Below, in pieces: positions 53,158 through 61,700 of a stretch of 64,000 nt of DNA. The DNA comes from Iphione sp. A-MEVVRFRX5. Its lineage: Eukaryota. Position 1 is the first letter of the stretch, and each line of letters opens with the position of its first letter. The DNA lies in assembly GCA_976226885.1 (NCBI GenBank), contig OZ320317.1:59830001-59894000 (forward strand). The letters are read 5' to 3'. The notes under the pieces are model-generated. The model was not told the DNA's origin, did no database searches, and saw nothing but the letters and a program-made list of their open reading frames with translations. The translations under genes were made by a program, and so were the position numbers.

Positions 53158-55728
53158 GCTAAAACTCACGCCTCAGGTTTTTGCTCTCAGTCGAAATCAG
53201 GTTTTTACTCTTTATCAGGTTTTAACTCCCCAAACACATCACAACTCAGGTTTTACTCCTCAAACTCACCACAACTCAGGTTTTTACTCCTCAAACTCAC
53301 CACAACTTAGGTTTTAACTTCATATGATACATCAAAAGACATCTCTCTCACACACTCTCTCCCCCTGCTGACCAGCTGAGCTTAGGTTGGAAGCACTCTC
53401 TCACTTAACCCCCACCATCCAGCAGGCAGTTAACAGCAAGACCGGCCAACCAAGCTTGTGTTGCCAGCACCCAGGGGGGTGCGGTGGAAGTGGTTAGGGG
53501 AGGACGAGGACAGCGCTGGCTCTGCTGACTGAGTGGATGGGGGTAGTGGTGGTTGTTGGAGGAGGAGAAGGATGGCTATGGCAACACTGGCAGTAAAGGG
53601 CTGGCCAGTTAAGCTCAAGTCACGGGCACTCTAGCATCCTGGTGGCTCCCACTCTGCCTCCCACCTGGCAGCCAGGCAAAACCCAAAGTACCATCAAACT
53701 CCCCCAAAGACTAAGTCAATCCTTTGCTACTGTGATGTAACAGGTCCTTGTGCCGGCTCAAACTTCAAAGAGCGAGCTAACTACATCACTAGTCCTGTTA
53801 GTAGAGGAGGTCACATCACCGCTGATGCTATGGAGCACTATTAGCAGATATGAACTCCACTTATTGTCCCTTTGTCCTGTGCATTATGCACAATAGTTGT
53901 TGCTTACACATATAAGGCAATTCTGGTATCCCACCACCTATCTTTAGCTTCCTAAAAGAAAGAGTTGTGTGCATCATGCACTTCAAACAAGGATTACATT
54001 CCCTTTGCAAGGCTTCAGGAATCGTCACAGATACTTGAAATACAAAAAAGGCCATACAGAAATGCAGGCAATATAAACAATTGAAATAACTAGAACCTTA
54101 ATCTAGATTGCAAGTATTTTGACCCTCTTGACAGAAAATAAGTTCTCACTCTTGCATTGGAACTATCAATGCGATGTTAGGGCATCATCAATTTGGCACC
54201 CTAACAACTGACATTGATTTTTCTTACTAATCTGTTTATTTAGTATTAAATCTCGATGAAAACTACTACTTTTCCAAATGGTGTGTATTCTGCCTTGCTT
54301 TCACCTATGAAAAGTCTATCTGAGTGCGTCGACCCATATACATCTTTCAAACCTCTTTTTGCATTTTTAACTGCAATACAGTAATTGTCACTTTGGATTT
54401 TTTTCTTTTTCTTGGCGGGGGAGGGGTGTGGATGGATAAGCAATAACTGTAATTTACCAAGGGGTATTCGAAGACTGTATCAGTCGTTATGCTGGGTATG
54501 GGTCCTGATTCGACTGACAGGTTGATAATCTCTCAAGCCCAATGCCGCTTAGCTGTATCCTGGTCATGCATGGACAACCCCTTAGAATGTAAGTCAGCAT
54601 GTTATTCCAAATTGAAATGAATGTCAGTTGCAAGTGCAATAGGAGTGCTGATGGATAAATGAAGGATGCTACGTATACATAACATACATATACATACGTT
54701 GGGATATAAACATGTATACACACATTAAGATAATATGTATAGTAAACTGACTCCATAAAAAATCTATATACAATAGCAATGGCCATAATGCTTAAACTGA
54801 AAGTACTTATAACAGAAAAATTGTTGAGTTTTACAATCTATATTTCCACTCAAAGTACGGATTGTCTCCAGCCAAGATATACTATATTGATAGTCGGTGG
54901 CAATGACTTTTTCAGACGACAAAATCAGCCTTGGCAGTTAAATATTACAGACATTACATTACACACAGGACGATAGATTTCAGAGAGAAACACTAAATTA
55001 CCTTGAAGGCCAATGAAGCGTTATAAGAAAGAACTCAACGTGTCAAGTCAGCTTTTATTTTTCAGGAGTTTTGATATAAGCAATGTTTTCAGGTTCTCTC
55101 CCATTAACCCGCTCTATTCTATTGTCCCTTTGTCCGAAATCCTCGAAGGACTAGCGATAGAGACAGATCGTAGATCAGTGCCCCTCGCCTCGCTCTCGCC
55201 TAGTAACGTGACTTGATCCATGTGAGATCCACGTTAAGAATAACCGTGACCTTTAGGTCCCGTGCGTAGGACCAAGGGCGTGATGAGTACGGATGGGGGG
55301 GAGGGGGTGGCACAACGTACCTGCGCCTGGAGGCACTGGTGCGACTTTTTAACGACCTGCGGTCGTATTTAGTGCCTGTTGCCTTAACTAGACAAGCTGG
55401 TGGTGATTCAGCTGTCGTGGGCCTGTCGTAACTAGCCTGGGCCACCCACACACTGTCAACGTGACCTTAGCACCCAGAGGTCATCAGACGGTCGCACGGT
55501 GTCCGCCGGCCGCACCGTCTGCAACCAGCTCACCGCAGACACGAAGGCAAACGCCCAGAGCCAAAAGCCAACTGAGTGAGAAGCTCTGCCGGTCTTTAAG
55601 ACCAATTTTATTTTAAACAAAAACCCCACTGTGCGGATCTCTTATAGCTGAGGGAAAGATTTCCCACTGGGGTGCCCTTGCTCCTCTAACTTAATTGTCC
55701 ATCTGTTTAATTCTTTCTGCTTCCCGCC

Positions 55729-55762
<34 letters not shown>

Positions 55763-58700
55763 CCTATGGATGTGTCTTCCCTATTTCCTGGGATCTCTTT
55801 TCCAAAAGATCCACAGACTGACGTACCATTACCGCCCCTGCTCCTGGTTGTAACAAGTCAGCGGACTATCCTCCAATAGGTTGACTTAAGCTCGTGCCAC
55901 CAGATGGTGCGATCAGCAGCACCTCACTTCAGTGGTTTACACAGATGCCTCGCCTGCCCTGTTTACAGGCAGCCTGCCTGCCAGTGTCCCGACCACACAA
56001 TGTAAGTCGATATGGCCTATGTATCAATCATTATTGACGCCCAGCTTGGCAAGGTCCAAGTCCTTCTTATCCTGCGACTGTACCTTCCAATATCAGCCAA
56101 CTTCCCCCCCTAGACCGTGTCACCCGCCGCCCTAGGGGATTACCCCTCCGACTTTCACCTGCTCCCCACGACCTCTACCTAATTTGTTATAGCATATATA
56201 CAGATGGAGGAGTAGGGAGTGTTTCCATTTGGGTGACCGTTGACGTCGTCTAAGACCAGAAAGGCATGCCGACTAGGTCGCTTTGATATAGCCCGCGTTA
56301 ACTTAAGGTCAGCTGAACAAGAAGCAGTGGCGCACCCATCACCAGAATTTGATGAATTTTAAAAAGACAATTCATGCTCAATGCATGACTTTGCATGACA
56401 CACCGCAATACAAAGATTCGTTTTGTCCACGTTTTCCCATGAATATCAGCGCGGGTTAAGAAATCTACTTTAAGATAAATAGCTTATACATACGCTTATA
56501 CTGAAAGACAACGAGTGCGTCTTGCAAATAGAATGCCGAAAATAGGGTGTTCTATCTTGCGGGATGCGTGGAAGGAGAATGCCACGGAGGTAACCTCACG
56601 TGTCACAGCAGGACCCTCGGCCGTGCCCTCAGAGCAATCACCTTCAGCCAGCCCCGGAGATGAAGGGTTAATGCATGCACCGTCGGCTGAATTTGAACTC
56701 GGCCACCTAGGGTGATTGGGTGAGCAATGTGGCTTCCTCGCCTTGGCACATGGCTTCTGGGAATGGCTTCACCGGAAACGATGAGCCGGCCAGTGGGTCA
56801 GAGGTCGGCGCTACAGCCAGGGAGTGGTGGACTGGCGGTGGACCTGCTTTAACTCCGGAGAATGTCAACAGGCTTGAATCGACTTGAGGGTGAGCCGCCA
56901 GTGGCCTACACGCTGTCTGACCGCCTGATCCAACAGGTCTCCGCACCAGACGTGTGCATAGTGTTAACTCTCTCGTTCAGGTGAAAAAACACATGTAGGC
57001 ACCACAGAGGCTACGGTAGGAGACAGGGCTGCTCCGCATGACATGAAAAATAACGAAGGAGAAGTTCAAGAAACAGAATCCTGCATCTGTCATACTATCA
57101 AAGCGGGAAGTAAAAGTATTACAGTTAAAATCATATTCCTTTTTGCACAACTGCATGACTACATTTTTCAGGGAAAGTTAAAATTGACCAGGTTGAACTA
57201 TAGAAATTACTGCCAACAAACTTCACCTTTTTCTGGCCTTAGGTTTTTCCTTTTGATTACTTAGGAAGATATTATAATAAAATTAAATTTGATTTCTTTA
57301 CCACTATACCATTTTCTTAATGCAATACACAGCTAGACACCGGACCTTCTAACGCAATTGACAGCTGGGTACAAAAATGTCAGTGTACAATTCTGATATT
57401 CCTTCATAAAATAGGAATGTCAGTATCCAAGGAACATGTGCAGATCTGTGATCAGCAAACACAATTGCACCTCAAAATACAGTGGTGCCCCCTTAGCCGA
57501 CAACCTCATAATGGACAATACTGCTGATATGACAGTGTTTCCAGTACCCAAATGTGAAAAGCAACAGAAAATGTTCCAATATCTGACAAATCTCAGATAT
57601 CCAACAAATTGTTAAGGAACCAAAAACGTCAGATGGGGAGGACCACTATAAAACAAACGTTTGTAAGGCCCTAGTCCCAATAAACCAGTGTAACCTAATT
57701 TCCAAAATTAAAGGTGTATTATAAATAACGAAGCATCTTTGCGGGAATGCATGATATATTGTATTCTCTGGAAGTCCAAAGTGGAAAGCAAAATTCGTCA
57801 AGTGGGCATGACGTCACAGTGGCTGATAAGGCAGGTACCCTTACCCATATACATGTATAGGTTAGGTTACCCAGTATGAAGGTAAAGGTAGCGGGTTTCT
57901 CAATGTTTATGCCCATAATAATTATTTGGCAATGATTTCTCAGTTAACACTGATATTATAATGAAGACACATGTAGAACTACTTCTAGATTAAGTGCATA
58001 TATCAAAATTATCATTAGTTTGTATTCACCAGGCCTTAGCGTTTACATTAAATGTGTAGGTATTCTCTGATTATCACCCACTGTTCACCTCTGCAGTATT
58101 TTTGCTAAATGGAATCTATTGGATGAGTATTTTAATCTATACACTATTTACATTAAGGGTTAATTTATACATTTTTCACAATAAAACCATATGATGCTGT
58201 TTAAATTTGTAAGAAATCAGCTTTGACAACTGTTTGTTTACATGCTACTCACTGCAAGTGCCCTGATTCCCCACTCTAAGAATACTGTGTGTGCAAAACC
58301 AGGACAAAAGGTCTCCTGGTGCGAATATCCAAGGTTCAGACAACTGCATGCCCACATCGCCCAGGCACAGTCTTATGAACTCCTTGCTCATGTCAGTATA
58401 TCTTTTATTAATCGTACATACCTCTTTTGTATGGACTTTCCACAAGATAAAGTGGAAACGAATGCCTGTTCTTTGTTAAATATTTCATTAAAATCTTAAT
58501 ACATAAATAAATATTTTACCTTTCGCGAGAACAAAAGCAAATATGGGTCATATTAGTTTTCGTGGGATATTTGATGTAGTAACAGTCATGAAGATATATG
58601 CACGGAACTACTGCACTATTATGATAATTTGTCAACCAGGAAAACGCACGGTTTGATGCAAATAATTTCTGCAGTCCGACCCTGGTCAAATTTTTAAAAA

Positions 58701-61700
58701 ATTTTCCTCAAGAAAGAAGTTATGCAGTTGTGTTGCATCCGATACATTTACTATGTTTATATAATCTTAAACCCTATCCACACACACTGAGTTCCAGACA
58801 GCTTCACAATTGCAAGGTCACATTCTACTCTGATCTCTTTTATACAAAGGGAGGAACTTGAATCCAACCATAGGAGTAATTAACTAAGGGACACGGCGGC
58901 CTGTTCTGCACAGATTTCTATGGAAATTCTAAACTTCCTTGTCGGGGAGTGTGCTTCATTTACGAGTTTTGCGATGCCGAATATAAAGTAACTTTTTTAC
59001 TACTATAGATAACACTTTCAACTGCTTTCACGGCGTCAAGTAACCAGTAACCTTTTGTGGTTAGGAACATTAATGGAACTGATACTTTATGCGATATACA
59101 TGTACTTGCCGATAGATATGCCTTATTTTTGGTATGAGTCTCGAAAATGCTCTAAATTGAAATGTGTATTGATAATACTGGTCAAAAACTAGGATAAAAG
59201 AATACTTACTGACCTCACAGAACAATTTTTAAAAATTCCCCTCGTTCCCAAAATAGATTGAAGTCAGTCTTTGTAGAAGGGATCGATAAATCTAGCATCC
59301 ATGGAAACCTTTCCGAGGCTTCGTCGACTGTGACGAATCGTGGTAAGCCATGCATTCATATGTGACCTAATGTCAGGCCTTCAAGTCATTTATCAACTGT
59401 CTCTATCGAAATGCATGCTTTCCGATCGTATAAGCTCATATTGCAGTCAATATATGTACAATGTCTAGAGTCCAAGACGGCCGAATAGTTTAGTCTTACA
59501 GGCCCGCAGCCAAGGGGGTATCGGGGGTATCGTCCGATACCCCCCACAAAAGCCGGGAGTTTCACCTCTCTAGGCCTACAGCCAAGGGTGTATCATGAGA
59601 AGGAAGTAGGGAGAGAGAGAGACTGACAGACAGACAGACACAGACACAGAGAGACAGAGACAGAGGACAGAGAGTGTCATTTTGCTAATGTGCGCTGAGG
59701 ATAGGAGCCAGACTACAAGGATGTATTAAAACATCCGTGTTGTGTCAAAAGACAAACACGCAGTGCTACTTTTTTAGACAGTCTTATTGTCCATGTTCAC
59801 TGGGTAGGGACAGTATAGTAAAACTTTTTTTCGATAACACACCCATAGATCGACGTATATTTATACCTCCTCTATTTTTATGTCTGAACTACACTATGGA
59901 AAGTAAAATACGACACGTTTTTCTCATTTTCGATGATCCTTTGCCAACAGTACCAGATGTGTTAAACGCATTCTAAAGGCTTACTAAATCATTAAAACGA
60001 TGTTGTATCACAAGCAGCTACATTGAATCATATCTCCGAAAATCTTTCACCAAGGAAAAGCCCCTTTTATGACGTCCCAACATTCGAGAGATACAATCAG
60101 ACCGTGCGAAGTTTGGATACATTCCTAACTTCCCTTGACAAAAACTTATATGTACAATAGGCCACAGGAATGTATTACTCAAACAACCTGATGTTGAGGA
60201 CAACATAATTATAAGAGACTTACTTTTAATAACCAACGAATCTCAACAATACAGAAGGTTTCAATTGCGGCGTAGAATTTTTGTTAATCAATAACACAAC
60301 ACAATATATTCCAAGGATGTAATTAGCACCAGAGGTATGACGCAATAAATAAGTTTGTTGACCAGCAAAGGTCAAAGGTAGACCAGGATCCAGAACCTTT
60401 ATCGCAACCAATAAGTCATTACAAAACAACGGACAAAAGTTTTACTCCTACTTTACGAACAGTTCTGACATGCTGATTGACTTTTAAAATGCATTCCTTG
60501 GCATAATGGGCAATTTATTTTCATTTGATTGGCAGATTATGTGCTGTAACTACAGCAACTAGGGCTGGAACTGACCGTAGAAGACTTGCCTGGGTGGTTT
60601 TACGATGCAAGGCCAAGGGTTGAGGCCACAGGTCGACTAGATTGGGCATGGAGGATAAGTTGTAATTTGAACTGGTTAATTTGACCTTGACGTGACCTTG
60701 ACCTGACCTGTTCCGGTACCTGGGACCTCTGGCCTCGTAATGAAAGGCCAATTAGACTGCAGCCTGGATGTGAGGAGAATCTACTGGCGTCTTACTTACT
60801 GGGTCGGGCCAGGGGAATCCTTATCGTCCCATAGACAAGGCTAATCTTCACTGCGATGACTTCCAACGGAAAGGCCGGAATTGAAATGCGGTGCTCATTC
60901 AGGGGAAAATAATTTTGTCAGGCGTACTGGCGGGGGGTCGCTCCACCTATGACAGTGTGTTTTACTTGTCATTAGCCGCGTGTAAATGGACCAGGCGTTG
61001 GTGACAGGTGCACACGGGCAAAAAAGCATGCCAGCAGGTAGGGCGCGTTACGCGGGCCAACAACACGCCGGGAGAGAGGGGGGCCTACGAACGGTGGGAG
61101 GCACAGAGAGACAGACAGCGGCAGAAGGCGGGGGGAGGGGGTTGGATGTGGACGAAGGCAGGCGGAGGGCGAACGACGATTGGCAGACTGCATGCAAATT
61201 GATGAGCGGCTCGGCTGTCACGGGCAGCGCTCGCCGTCTTAAATCGTTATTAGAAGTGGCATTCTGACAGCTCCCGGCCGCTCCCCCTGACACCGGCAAT
61301 ATTAGTAGTGGGTGGTAGACCTGCAGGCTTTTCGGTCGCTTCTTCTCAGCTCTCCCCCCAGCGGTCGGCCCGTGGTCCCTCGTACCACCCGCCCTGTTTA
61401 ACACGGTAAATTGTATGCCCACGATACTTCCAAAGTTAAAGTTATTGCATCATCACGATCCATGAGACGGCTAGCCATGAATCCTAAATGTTTACAAAGT
61501 TCACAGATCGTTTCTGTCTGATGTCTGTACTATCTATGCATTATGACTTTTGCAGGTTCGACTCAAGTTTCCTTAACAACAGACTATGGGTAATCTACCC
61601 TGGTACTCACCTTTTCATCCGGAGTAATGGCTACTAGCCTATCGTTGACTGACCACTCGTACAGTATGTGGGAACCTGCCATGTGCTTCACCTCTAGAGT

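Noticed and set aside
56760-56900. ENVNRLES resembling the CR1/L2 RT C-terminal region
   Set aside because: One short motif with stops nearby; unsupported.
57719-57916. ORF with PKD-like KPATFTF..GNLTY..W and a phase-0 donor
   Set aside because: No pyrimidine tract, contains the intronic TACATGTA motif, and the gap is already filled exactly by exon 61611-61716.
60018-60429. Two minus-strand ORFs with FLW...GKLG (L1-like) and GLPLTF (PKD-like) words
   Set aside because: No coherent domain pattern or usable splice sites.
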